Assembly (NCBI GenBank): GCA_023415595.1
Contig: JAEZJW010000142.1
Location: forward strand, 3,573-67,572
DNA: 64,000 nt
Direction: 5' to 3'
Source: Bacillota bacterium
Lineage (GTDB): Bacteria > Bacillota > Clostridia > Lachnospirales > Lachnospiraceae
The position numbers and the translations under genes are program-made. Every line of letters starts with the position of its first letter. Position 1 is the stretch's first letter. A model generated the notes under the pieces. That model was not told the origin of the DNA. It ran no database searches and worked only from the letters and a program-made list of their open reading frames with translations. This document shows, one piece after another, positions 1 to 8,202 of this stretch.

Positions 1-1
1 G

Positions 2-163
2 GAAAATGGCGTAGATAAATGTCAAAGCTGTCATAAAAACCCTTGTGATAAAGCACAGCATTTATATCAAGGACTAAAGCCTGAAATCCACACCAATACC
101 ATTGCTGCCGACGATGTTACATGGGTAATCCTGCCTTATGTGTATGAGCAGTACGGGAATTAA
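2..163 (+). CDS. 3' end of a Cys-containing hypothetical protein (partial, runs off window start)
   Basis: Open frame from base 2 reads ENGVDKCQSCHKNPCDK...WVILPYVYEQYGN and stops at TAA 161-163. Confidence 0.6.
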   Translation, partial: ENGVDKCQSCHKNPCDKAQHLYQGLKPEIHTNTIAADDVTWVILPYVYEQYGN

Positions 164-268
164 GCTTTTTTGTAAAGTCAGTAAATACTGATCTTCCATG
201 ATAATTACTGGTCTGTAGGTTTAATGAAAAGCCTTCAGACCAGTTTTTGCTTTCATATATAATAAAAA

Positions 269-297
269 TTGACAATTTTTTATCAAAGGATTATAAT
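269..297 (+). promoter_or_regulatory. Sigma-A consensus promoter for 346..756
   Basis: TTGACA (269-274), 17 bp, TATAAT (292-297). Confidence 0.8.
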
Positions 298-345
298 AGC
301 GAAATAATACATTATATGCAATAAATAGGGGAAAAGAGGGGAAGT

Positions 346-756
346 ATGAAGAGAGGGAATAAGAAGGCTGCCTTAGTAGTGATTGCGTTTCTGGCATTAT
401 TTGCATGGATTGGCTACAATGATAGTAAGCCGAAAGGAACATCGATTAATACACCTGTGAATTATCCTTCAAACCAGTCAACGCTATTTTATCAGACGGA
501 TCCAGGCTTCGACTTCAATGCCTTTAATAGCGATACGACCTTGAATGATCAACCGGCTAGGAGTGAACTGTGTCCGGTTTGTTATGGATCAGGCGCCTGT
601 CAGATCTGTAATGGTAAAGGTTGGACCGTTGGATATAATGGAGATGATACTTCCTGTTCCGCTTGCGATGATTACTCCGGAGGCATCAATGATGACGGAA
701 CACTCTATGGCAATGGAAGATGCTCTACATGCCATGGAACAGGGTTCTACAATTAG
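346..756 (+). CDS. Membrane-anchored protein with a DnaJ-type CxxCxGxG zinc-finger region
   Basis: N-terminal hydrophobic helix; CPVCYGSG, CQICNGKG, CSAC and CSTCHGTG; purine-rich RBS; consensus promoter upstream. Confidence 0.75.
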   Translation: MKRGNKKAALVVIAFLALFAWIGYNDSKPKGTSINTPVNYPSNQSTLFYQTDPGFDFNAFNSDTTLNDQPARSELCPVCYGSGACQICNGKGWTVGYNGDDTSCSACDDYSGGINDDGTLYGNGRCSTCHGTGFYN

Positions 757-782
757 AGGCCTTCCAATATGCTTTAGCACAA

Positions 783-815
783 AACGCCTTGTAAACATAG
801 AGTTTACAAGGCGTT
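783..815. terminator. Hairpin between convergent genes (probable bidirectional terminator)
   Basis: AACGCCTTGTAAAC-5 nt-GTTTACAAGGCGTT, perfect 14-bp stem. Confidence 0.7.
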
Positions 816-822
816 AATTATC

Positions 823-1455
823 TCAATAATCAACCACCAGGGCATCGTTCAGAGCCAGCTTTTTCTTATCTTTTAGGAAGTATTTGCTCATTGTATTTTG
901 CGGCATATGTTCAGGATATAACAAAGGCAAGTCATTCTTCACTCTGTAATTGATCCATAAACAGTATAATTCCAGTATTGGCTTGTTAATAGAAGTGTAT
1001 TTTAGCTGAAACTCCTGAACGTCACGATTATTCATGAACAGGAAGAACTTATTGGCAAATAGCCTGTCTATCATTCTTATATCGATTACACCTTCAACCA
1101 CCATAAAATACGTTGTCTGAAAGAACATGATGTATTCACCCATTTTTCTGCCATCTTCAGGAGTAAAGATAACATTATTACCGTCTCTTTTCTCTTTCAG
1201 CTTGGTATAAATATAGATGATATTATCGTTATCCTGGAAATTGGAATTCAGAGTTAGAATAAACTCTGCTTTTGAGATATCAGCGTCCTTTTTCATCTGA
1301 TACCAGATCGCTACCACACCGATTATGGCAGAGATAAAGGTTGCACTATTGGATACGGATTCTCTGGTCAGTCGATTGAAAAGTACAATAGCAAGCATCA
1401 TGATAAAAAATATCAGTATAATAGTGAAAAACTTTCTGTTACTCCCATGCTTCAT
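823..1455 (-). CDS. Hypothetical membrane protein (two N-terminal TM helices)
   Basis: 210-aa AT-rich ORF; GGGGGA RBS; TTGACA-18-TATGAT promoter on the minus strand at 1489-1518. Confidence 0.7.
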   Translation of the reverse strand: MKHGSNRKFFTIILIFFIMMLAIVLFNRLTRESVSNSATFISAIIGVVAIWYQMKKDADISKAEFILTLNSNFQDNDNIIYIYTKLKEKRDGNNVIFTPEDGRKMGEYIMFFQTTYFMVVEGVIDIRMIDRLFANKFFLFMNNRDVQEFQLKYTSINKPILELYCLWINYRVKNDLPLLYPEHMPQNTMSKYFLKDKKKLALNDALVVDY

Positions 1456-1535
1456 GATTTATCCCCCGCGTTCTATCTTAATAATAGAATCATAGACCAG
1501 AGCGGAAGTAAGTGTCAAGGGTTTTGTAGGAGGGA

Positions 1536-1752
1536 GGAAGTTGATGGGCTACCCCACCGGGGTTCAAGTTCCTACTTTACTAAAAAAATAGAGGTCCATA
1601 ACTTGCGTCATGAACCTTCAGTGTTAATGTATGCAGTTGATGGGGACAACCTGAACTTCGTTCAGGTCCGAACCCCACCGGGGTTCAACTCCCCACTTTA
1701 CTAAAAAAAGAAGTAACGACTGACTTGCGTCACTCACTACTTCTTTTTTAAG
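1536..1752 (-). repeat. Two tandem structured repeat units (121-bp period) directly 3' of tRNA-Leu(CAG)
   Basis: ACCCCACCGGGGTTCAAsTyCCyACTTTACTAAAAAAA at 1551 and 1672; ACTTGCGTCA at 1601 and 1723; tRNA 3'-end copy TGCAGTTGA(T)GGGGAC at 1632 and 1753. Confidence 0.85.
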
Positions 1753-1837
1753 TGCAGTTGAGGGGACTTGAACCCCTACCCAGTTAACCCGGACTAGAAC
1801 CTGAATCTAGCGCGTATGCCAATTCCGCCACAACTGC
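1753..1837 (-). tRNA. tRNA-Leu (anticodon CAG)
   Basis: Reverse complement GCAGTTGTGGCGGAATTGGCATACGCGCTAGA-TTCAGGT-TCTAG...GGTTCAAGTCCCCTCAACTGCA; long variable arm; no encoded CCA. Confidence 0.97.
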
Positions 1838-1889
1838 TTATTCACTTTGTTCCTCTTGGATTTGTTGGTTTCCTTGAGGGACGAATTTG

Positions 1890-1918
1890 ATTATAGCATA
1901 CAAGTTTTCTAAATTCAA
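1890..1918 (-). promoter_or_regulatory. Sigma-A promoter of tRNA-Leu(CAG)
   Basis: Minus strand TTGAAT-17 bp-(TGC)TATAAT. Confidence 0.75.
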
Positions 1919-2132
1919 TACAAAATTTCAAATGGTTTAAATTTTCTTCTCTACATAATTTTCTGCCATAGGAGGTATTTATGCTGTGAAGCATTTTTAT
2001 TAGGAATTACTCAAGGATACGCGGCTAATCTTTTCAGGTCGAAGCTCGGAAGTATCATACATGTATAACGGGGTAAGTGTGGCCTGTTCGCATTACATGT
2101 CATAAATTCTGGTAAATAATATAAAAATGATA

Positions 2133-2161
2133 TTGACATCCGGTAACCTGCGTATTAAAAT
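2133..2161 (+). promoter_or_regulatory. Sigma-A promoter of tRNA-Asn
   Basis: TTGACA-17 bp-TAAAAT. Confidence 0.8.
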
Positions 2162-2172
2162 TACTAACGTAT

Positions 2173-2244
2173 TCCTCGATAGCTCAATGGTAGAGCACGC
2201 GGCTGTTAACCGCGGGGTTGTAGGTTCGAGCCCTACTCGGGGAG
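2173..2244 (+). tRNA. tRNA-Asn (anticodon GTT)
   Basis: TCCTCGA acceptor, TAGCTCAATGGTAGAGC D-arm, CGCGG-CTGTTAA-CCGCG anticodon arm, GGTTCGAGCC T-arm. Confidence 0.97.
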
Positions 2245-2258
2245 TTTTTTATTGCATA

Positions 2259-2283
2259 AAATGCCCGTTTTCACGGGCATTTG
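2259..2283 (+). terminator. Probable intrinsic terminator after tRNA-Asn
   Basis: AAATGCCCGT-TTTC-ACGGGCATTT hairpin. Confidence 0.6.
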
Positions 2284-2362
2284 TGATATTAGGATATTCT
2301 AATTAATATGAACTACAGTTCCCATCAGCTAACTAAGATGTCAATTCCATGAACGAAATTCT

Positions 2363-2392
2363 GAATAATATACCTGGCTTCTGGCAAATATA
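2363..2392 (+). promoter_or_regulatory. Putative forespore (SigF-type) promoter
   Basis: GAATA-15 bp-GGCAAATATA fits the SigF-like consensus; lies upstream of a yhfW-like gene. Confidence 0.5.
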
Positions 2393-2410
2393 GGTTTGAG
2401 GTGAATTTAA

Positions 2411-3973
2411 ATGGCGATTCTGTGGAAAGAAAATGGGACCTTTGAAGAAGGTGGTAAGGAAAGAGGCGAATCCCTCTGGGTACAAAAGCAATACCGTTAC
2501 GCCAAGAATGCTGAGGGTGGCTTTCGGGAGAGATCAATTCGAACACCCCTGACAGGGGATATTAATGTAGAAGTTGCAGTCATCGGAGCCGGGCTTGCCG
2601 GGGTTCTGACCGCATATCTCCTGCAGAAGCAGGGAATCCAGACAGTGTTATTGGAATGCAAGGAAGCTGGAAGCGGTATGACGAAGAATACTACCGCGAA
2701 GATAACCTCCCAGCATGGGCTTATCTATCGGAAGCTCATGACATATAAAGGAGAGCAGCGGGCATGGGAATATGCGATGGCGAACCAGCAGGCCATCGAA
2801 AAGTATGAAGAAATCATCAGTGATCTTCAGATTGATTGTGATTATGAGATTCTTCCAAACTATATCTATACCTTGGATGATGTATATAAGATCAAACAGG
2901 AGGTAGAGGCGGCTCAGAAGCTTGGGCTTCCGGCTGTATTTACCAAGGAGACGACACTGCCCTTCCAGGTGAAGGCGGCGATCCGTTTCGATCATCAGGC
3001 ACAGTTCCACCCGCTCAAATTTCTGGATGCAGTGGTGGAGAAGTTAAATATCTATGAGAATACCAGAGTTACCGAGATCCATAAGGATGGTTTGATCAAG
3101 ACGGATCAGGGCAGTGTAAAGGCGAAGAAGGTGGTAATCGCAACCCATTATCCGTTCATCAATGTGCCGGGGTATTATTTCTTCAAGCTGCATCAGGAGC
3201 GGTACTACCTAAGTGCCATTGAGGGAGGCGATGCGGATTCCAGTACGCATATGGACGGTATGTATCTGGATGCCGATCCGGACGGTTTCTCTCTACGGAA
3301 TTATAAGGATCTGCTGATCTTTGGCAGCAGCACTCACCGTACTGGCGAATATCAGCCAAAGGATGCCTATGCGAATATTGAGAGACACGTCAAAGAATAT
3401 TATCCTGAGTCCAGGCTCCTGTATACCTGGTCCAACCAGGACTGTATGACTCCGGATTCCATTCCTTATATCGGGACCTATTCGCTGCAGACGCCGAATA
3501 TCTATGTGGCAACCGGCTTTAATATGTGGGGTATGACCGGCTCCATGGTATCAGCCATGATCATCAGTGAGATGATAGCCGGAAGGAACCATGATTACCA
3601 GAAGGTCTATAACCCCCGCAGGCTGATGCTCTCCGGCAGCAGAGCCTTCTTAAAGGATGCAGCAATCATCACCATAAGTCTGTTATCCGAATACCTTAAG
3701 ATTCCCCATGACAGGCTGAAGGATATCGAGAAGGGGCAGGCCGGCGTGGTTCGTTATGATGGACAGAGAGTTGGGGTATATCGGGATCAGGAAGATAAAT
3801 ATTATTTCGTAACGACCAAATGCCCGCACCTTGGCTGTAAGCTGGAATGGAACCAGAATGAAATGACCTGGGACTGCCCCTGCCACGGCTCGCGTTTTGA
3901 TTATAAAGGTAACCTGATCAATAATCCCGCTATGAGGGATACTTTTGATGCCTGTATCAGGAAGAAGAAGTAG
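2411..3973 (+). CDS. FAD-dependent oxidoreductase with C-terminal Rieske [2Fe-2S] domain (YhfW-like)
   Basis: VIGAGLAG dinucleotide-binding motif, TKNTTAKIT, C-terminal CPHLGC...WDCPCHGSRF. Confidence 0.9.
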   Translation: MAILWKENGTFEEGGKERGESLWVQKQYRYAKNAEGGFRERSIRTPLTGDINVEVAVIGAGLAGVLTAYLLQKQGIQTVLLECKEAGSGMTKNTTAKITSQHGLIYRKLMTYKGEQRAWEYAMANQQAIEKYEEIISDLQIDCDYEILPNYIYTLDDVYKIKQEVEAAQKLGLPAVFTKETTLPFQVKAAIRFDHQAQFHPLKFLDAVVEKLNIYENTRVTEIHKDGLIKTDQGSVKAKKVVIATHYPFINVPGYYFFKLHQERYYLSAIEGGDADSSTHMDGMYLDADPDGFSLRNYKDLLIFGSSTHRTGEYQPKDAYANIERHVKEYYPESRLLYTWSNQDCMTPDSIPYIGTYSLQTPNIYVATGFNMWGMTGSMVSAMIISEMIAGRNHDYQKVYNPRRLMLSGSRAFLKDAAIITISLLSEYLKIPHDRLKDIEKGQAGVVRYDGQRVGVYRDQEDKYYFVTTKCPHLGCKLEWNQNEMTWDCPCHGSRFDYKGNLINNPAMRDTFDACIRKKK

Positions 3974-4073
3974 GAAGAGTAAGCCATTCGGAGCTTAATT
4001 TACAAGGACGGATTTGTAATTATCTATCCTCAGAACAGGCTATATTTTACACATCAAAATTAAGAAAAAAGTG

Positions 4074-4102
4074 TTGCAAATAGTGAACGGGGATGATATA
4101 AT
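4074..4102 (+). promoter_or_regulatory. Sigma-A promoter of tRNA-Leu(AAG)
   Basis: TTGCAA-17 bp-TATAAT with extended TG. Confidence 0.75.
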
Positions 4103-4136
4103 CACTATTGTTCGCTGCTGATGGCGAACAAGAAAT

Positions 4137-4220
4137 GCAGTCGTGGCGGAATTGGCATACGCGCTAGACTAAGGATCTAGTCCGGGTTTCTGGGTAGGGG
4201 TTCAAGTCCCCTCGACTGCA
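4137..4220 (+). tRNA. tRNA-Leu (anticodon AAG)
   Basis: GCAGTCG acceptor; CTAGA-CTAAGGA-TCTAG anticodon arm gives A34-A35-G36; long variable arm; GGTTCAAGTCC T-arm. Confidence 0.95.
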
Positions 4221-4330
4221 GTTAAAAAATAAGTGGCGAGCGACATAAGTCGGTCGTCACTTATTTTTTTACTAAAGTGGGACTTGAACCCCTGGTTCAA
4301 TTGAGCGAAGATCAATTTGTTCCACCACCA
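4221..4330 (+). repeat. tRNA-associated structured repeat unit (homolog of 1632-1752)
   Basis: Terminator-like hairpin AAAAAATAAGTGGCGA..GAC-ATAA-GTC..TCGTCACTTATTTTTT, then TAAAGTGGGACTTGAACCCC...GCGAAG...GTTCCAC. Confidence 0.8.
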
Positions 4331-4569
4331 TTATTGGTAAATATTGCTTATAATTAATTACTAATGTATAATAAGTGTATTAGTTATTATATTATTAAGG
4401 GAGATCTGACTGTAATTGTAGTAATAGTTATAGCGTTTGGGATGAGAATCAAACTATTGGGTTTGGTTCTTATTGGTTTTAAAGCATGATAAATGTCTGG
4501 TAAACATGGTTTGGTTGTAAATATTTATTCTGGTTATAAATATTAGACAACTAAAGGAGTTAATGATTT

Positions 4570-6282
4570 ATGGAGCTTGAAAAGTATGTGCATGGATCGC
4601 GAGTAGCGAGAGGAATAGAGAAAGCCGATTTGGTATTGAAAAATGCTTCTGTAGTGAATGTTTTCACAGAAGAGATTTACAAAGCTGATGTAGCGATAGT
4701 GGATGGGATTGTTGCCGGAGTCGGAGAGTATTTTGGGGAAAAAGAATTGGATATGGCGGGAAGATATGTTTGCCCGGGATTTATTGATTCCCATTTACAC
4801 CTGGAATCTACGTTAGTAACTCCTGAGGAATTGATCTGTCAGGCGGCTCAATGCGGAACAACAACCTTTATTGTCGATCCGCATGAATCTGCTAATGTTT
4901 CTGGCTGTGCAGGCATCGATTATATACTTGAACAGACGGAAGAAGTACCAGCAAATGTATATGTGATGATGCCATCTTGCGTTCCGGCTACCAATATCGA
5001 TGATAATGGATACGACTTAACTGCTGATAAGATGCTGCCCTACCTAGATCATAAGAGAATGATAGGCTTGGGAGAAGTGATGAACTATCCCGCGGTAATC
5101 AATAGTGATTTAGAAATGATAGAAAAAATAGAACTATATAAAAGTAAGATCATTGATGGCCATGCGCCGTTTCTTGGTGCTAAGGATTTGTCGGCATATA
5201 TTCTGGCTGGTATTTCAACGGATCACGAATGTGTTGATTTTAATTATGCTATGGAAGAAAGAAGAGGAGGGATGACAGTACTGATTCGCGAAGGAAGTGC
5301 TGCTAAAAATCTCGAGGCCATTGTAAAAGGAATAGTAGAGAATAATTTTGACACGAATGGATTTTGTTTTTGCACGGACGACAAGCATATAGAAGAAATT
5401 CGAAAAGAAGGCCATATTAATTTTAATATTAAAAAAGCAGTAAACCTCGGACTGAATGTAATAAAAGCGGTAAAAATGGCGACGATACAAGCCGCGCAGT
5501 GCTATGGATTAAAAGGTATAGGAGCAATCGCACCGGGCTATCAGGCTGATTTGGTAATATTCGATGATTTAGAGCAACTAAATGTACTAGAGGTATATCA
5601 TAAAGGGGTACTGCTTCAAAAAGATAAACAGATTAAAATTAAGCCATGCTCTGACTTGATAAAAAATACGGTGAAACTTAAGCACTTTTCAAAAAGCAGT
5701 TTACAATTGAAAATAACCTGTAATCCATATCACGTTATTCAAATGGTTGAGGGGCAGATAACAACAAAAGATCTATTGGTTGATCTTTCGAGAAGGGAAT
5801 GCTTTGAACCGGATGATACCTATAATAAAATTGCGGTAATAGAACGGCATAAGAATACAGGGAAAACAGGAGTAGGTGTTATTGCAGGTTTTGGTATTAA
5901 AAATGGAGCGATTGCATCCAGCGTTTCACATGATTCCCATAACATTATTGTTATTGGAGATAATGATGACGATATGGAAATTGCAGTTAACGAACTGATA
6001 CGTGTGCAAGGCGGGTATACTGTAATAGAACGAGGGAATATCGTTGGTACTTTAGAGCTTCCAATCATGGGATTGATGAGCGATGCCGGATACGAAACTG
6101 TAAATAATACTCTTACCGGATTGATTAATAAGGCTCATGAGATGGGGGTTGCCGCTAGTATGGATCCATTTATCACTCTGTCCTTTATGGCATTACCGGT
6201 TATACCGGAAATCAGAATTACTCCCAGAGGGGTATATCACGTCCTTGAAGATAGATTTATTTCTGAAGCAGTTAAAAAGTAG
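4570..6282 (+). CDS. ade: Adenine deaminase
   Basis: PGFIDSHLHLES, DPHE, GLGEVM, DGHAP, TDHE, IREGS, CTDD and SHDSHN motifs of the AdeC family; AAAGGAG RBS. Confidence 0.93.
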   Translation: MELEKYVHGSRVARGIEKADLVLKNASVVNVFTEEIYKADVAIVDGIVAGVGEYFGEKELDMAGRYVCPGFIDSHLHLESTLVTPEELICQAAQCGTTTFIVDPHESANVSGCAGIDYILEQTEEVPANVYVMMPSCVPATNIDDNGYDLTADKMLPYLDHKRMIGLGEVMNYPAVINSDLEMIEKIELYKSKIIDGHAPFLGAKDLSAYILAGISTDHECVDFNYAMEERRGGMTVLIREGSAAKNLEAIVKGIVENNFDTNGFCFCTDDKHIEEIRKEGHINFNIKKAVNLGLNVIKAVKMATIQAAQCYGLKGIGAIAPGYQADLVIFDDLEQLNVLEVYHKGVLLQKDKQIKIKPCSDLIKNTVKLKHFSKSSLQLKITCNPYHVIQMVEGQITTKDLLVDLSRRECFEPDDTYNKIAVIERHKNTGKTGVGVIAGFGIKNGAIASSVSHDSHNIIVIGDNDDDMEIAVNELIRVQGGYTVIERGNIVGTLELPIMGLMSDAGYETVNNTLTGLINKAHEMGVAASMDPFITLSFMALPVIPEIRITPRGVYHVLEDRFISEAVKK

Positions 6283-6358
6283 AGGCTCTAAGGTAAGTTA
6301 TGGACCTCTACTTTTTTAGTTGCAGTAGGGATAGGAACCCCTTGGTCTGCCTGAACGC
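6268..6358 (+). repeat. Degenerate tRNA-associated repeat unit (homolog of 1536-1631), also the ade terminator
   Basis: AAGTTATGGACCTCTACTTTTTTAGT..AGTAGGGA..GAACCCC matches the reverse complement of about 1560-1604; begins with GCAGTTAAAAA, identical to 4218-4228. Confidence 0.75.
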
Positions 6359-6465
6359 CATACAATGTAAAAAATTAGTAAAATTAACCAAGAATTCTTG
6401 TTATACGTCAGGACGAGTGTTATAATCAAATTACAAACCATTTCATTATAGAGGAGGTCCAATTA

Positions 6466-8202
6466 ATGAAGAGAATTAGTAAGTTGTTTCTTTCTCTAGT
6501 ACTCGCCCTGGCGTTAGCATTTGGCATATTGCCGGGTGGTGCCACAGCCCTTGCTAAGGATTACAACATTAGCGAAATCGTTATTCTCTACACAAATGAT
6601 GTACATAATGGTGTGAAGCAAGTGAAAGGTCAGGACGGAACCGTCACAAACATCGGTTATGCAGGTGTTGCTGCTTATAAGGACAAGATGGAGAAGCGGT
6701 ATGGTAAGAAATATGTTACCCTCGTCGATGCAGGCGATGCCGTGCAGGGAGATGCCATCGGTACTCTTTCTCAGGGACAGTACCTGGTCGATATTATGAA
6801 TCAAGTTGGGTATGATGTATTTGTGCCTGGAAATCATGAATTTGATTACGGTATGGGCCGCATGCAGGAGCTGATGAAAAAGCTTGATGCCAAGGTTATT
6901 TCAAGTAATTTTAGTGATTTAAGAACGAAAAAGCTTGTTTATGAACCCTATACCATGATGACCTATGGAACAGGTCCTGATAAAACAAAGGTGGCTTTTG
7001 TAGGTATAACGACACCGGAAGCTTTTACAAAGTCTACACCCGCTTATTTCCAGGACAACAAAGGGAAGTACATATATGGTTTTAAAGAAGGCAAGAATGG
7101 ACAAGAACTATATGATGCGGTACAGAAAGCGGTCAACGATGCGAAGAAGAAGGGTGCGCATTATGTCATAGCCGTTGGGCATTTGGGTACTGATGAGCAA
7201 TCCACTCCTTGGCGTTCTACCGATGTTATCAAAAATACCACCGGAATCGATGCCTTCATTGACGGACATTCCCACAGTACTGTTGTGACCGAAGCCGTAC
7301 AGAATAAGGACGGAAAAGATGTTGTTCTTACTCAGACAGGTACCAAATTGGCAAGTATAGGACGCTTAATAATTAATCAAGACGGCAGTATTACCAACAG
7401 TCTGGTCAAAGGTTATTCAAAACAGGATGCGGATACCGTAAGCTTTATCGCAAATATTGAGAAAAGCTTTGCAGATGACTTGGCTGCCAATGTAGGTAAG
7501 ACGGATGTTGCGTTGACGGTAATCGACCCGGCAACGAACAAACGTATGGTACGAAGCAGAGAGACCAATTTGGGCGATCTGTGTGCTGATGCTTATCGCT
7601 ATGTTCTGGGCAATGGCAAGTCAGGAAAAGAGAGTGGCCCTGCTGACATCGCCTTTGTAAATGGCGGTGGCATCAGAGCAGATATTAATGCAGGTGATAT
7701 CACCTTTGGTGAAGTGATCGCAGTACATCCCTTCAACAATGTCGGCTGTGTTGTAAAAGCAACCGGTCAGGAAATATTGGATGCACTAGAGATGGCGGCA
7801 CGCGTAGCTCCACAGGAGAATGGAGGCTTCTTACAGGTTTCCGGATTGACTTATACAATTGATACCTCCATACCATCCACTGTAGAGGTCGATGACAAAA
7901 AGAATTTTGTCAAGGTGGCTGGTGCTTACCGAGTTAAGGATGTTATGGTTGGAGGAATAGCACTCGATCTAGAGAAGACCTATACATTGGCATCACACAA
8001 TTATATGCTTCTGGACGGAGGAGACGGTATCAATATGTTCCGTGATAACGAAGTCGTTGTACAGCCGGTAATGTTGGATAATCAGGTTTTAATCAGTTAT
8101 ATTCAGAAATATTTGAACGGCGTGGTCGGTGAGAAGTACAGCGATCCTTATGGACAGGGCAGAATTCAAATAAAGGGTGTGGAAATCGCTTCTGCAGCAT
8201 AA
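6466..8202 (+). CDS. Secreted bifunctional metallophosphatase / 5'-nucleotidase
   Basis: Signal peptide; TNDVH, DAGD, GNHEFD, DGHSH and NGGGIR motifs. Confidence 0.92.
   Translation: MKRISKLFLSLVLALALAFGILPGGATALAKDYNISEIVILYTNDVHNGVKQVKGQDGTVTNIGYAGVAAYKDKMEKRYGKKYVTLVDAGDAVQGDAIGTLSQGQYLVDIMNQVGYDVFVPGNHEFDYGMGRMQELMKKLDAKVISSNFSDLRTKKLVYEPYTMMTYGTGPDKTKVAFVGITTPEAFTKSTPAYFQDNKGKYIYGFKEGKNGQELYDAVQKAVNDAKKKGAHYVIAVGHLGTDEQSTPWRSTDVIKNTTGIDAFIDGHSHSTVVTEAVQNKDGKDVVLTQTGTKLASIGRLIINQDGSITNSLVKGYSKQDADTVSFIANIEKSFADDLAANVGKTDVALTVIDPATNKRMVRSRETNLGDLCADAYRYVLGNGKSGKESGPADIAFVNGGGIRADINAGDITFGEVIAVHPFNNVGCVVKATGQEILDALEMAARVAPQENGGFLQVSGLTYTIDTSIPSTVEVDDKKNFVKVAGAYRVKDVMVGGIALDLEKTYTLASHNYMLLDGGDGINMFRDNEVVVQPVMLDNQVLISYIQKYLNGVVGEKYSDPYGQGRIQIKGVEIASAA

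Noticed and set aside
20..34. CxxCH motifs (CQSCH here, CSTCH in 346..756) suggesting c-type cytochromes
   Set aside because: Single motifs within Cys-rich, zinc-finger-like contexts, and no cytochrome c maturation genes in the window.
1447..1704. 85-aa plus-strand ORF across the repeat array
   Set aside because: Overlaps a promoter and the structured repeats, and has no RBS or recognisable motif.
1536..1752. Repeats read as a CRISPR array or as extra tRNA genes
   Set aside because: Only two degenerate units with homologous rather than unique spacers, no cas genes, and no D-arm or anticodon arm.
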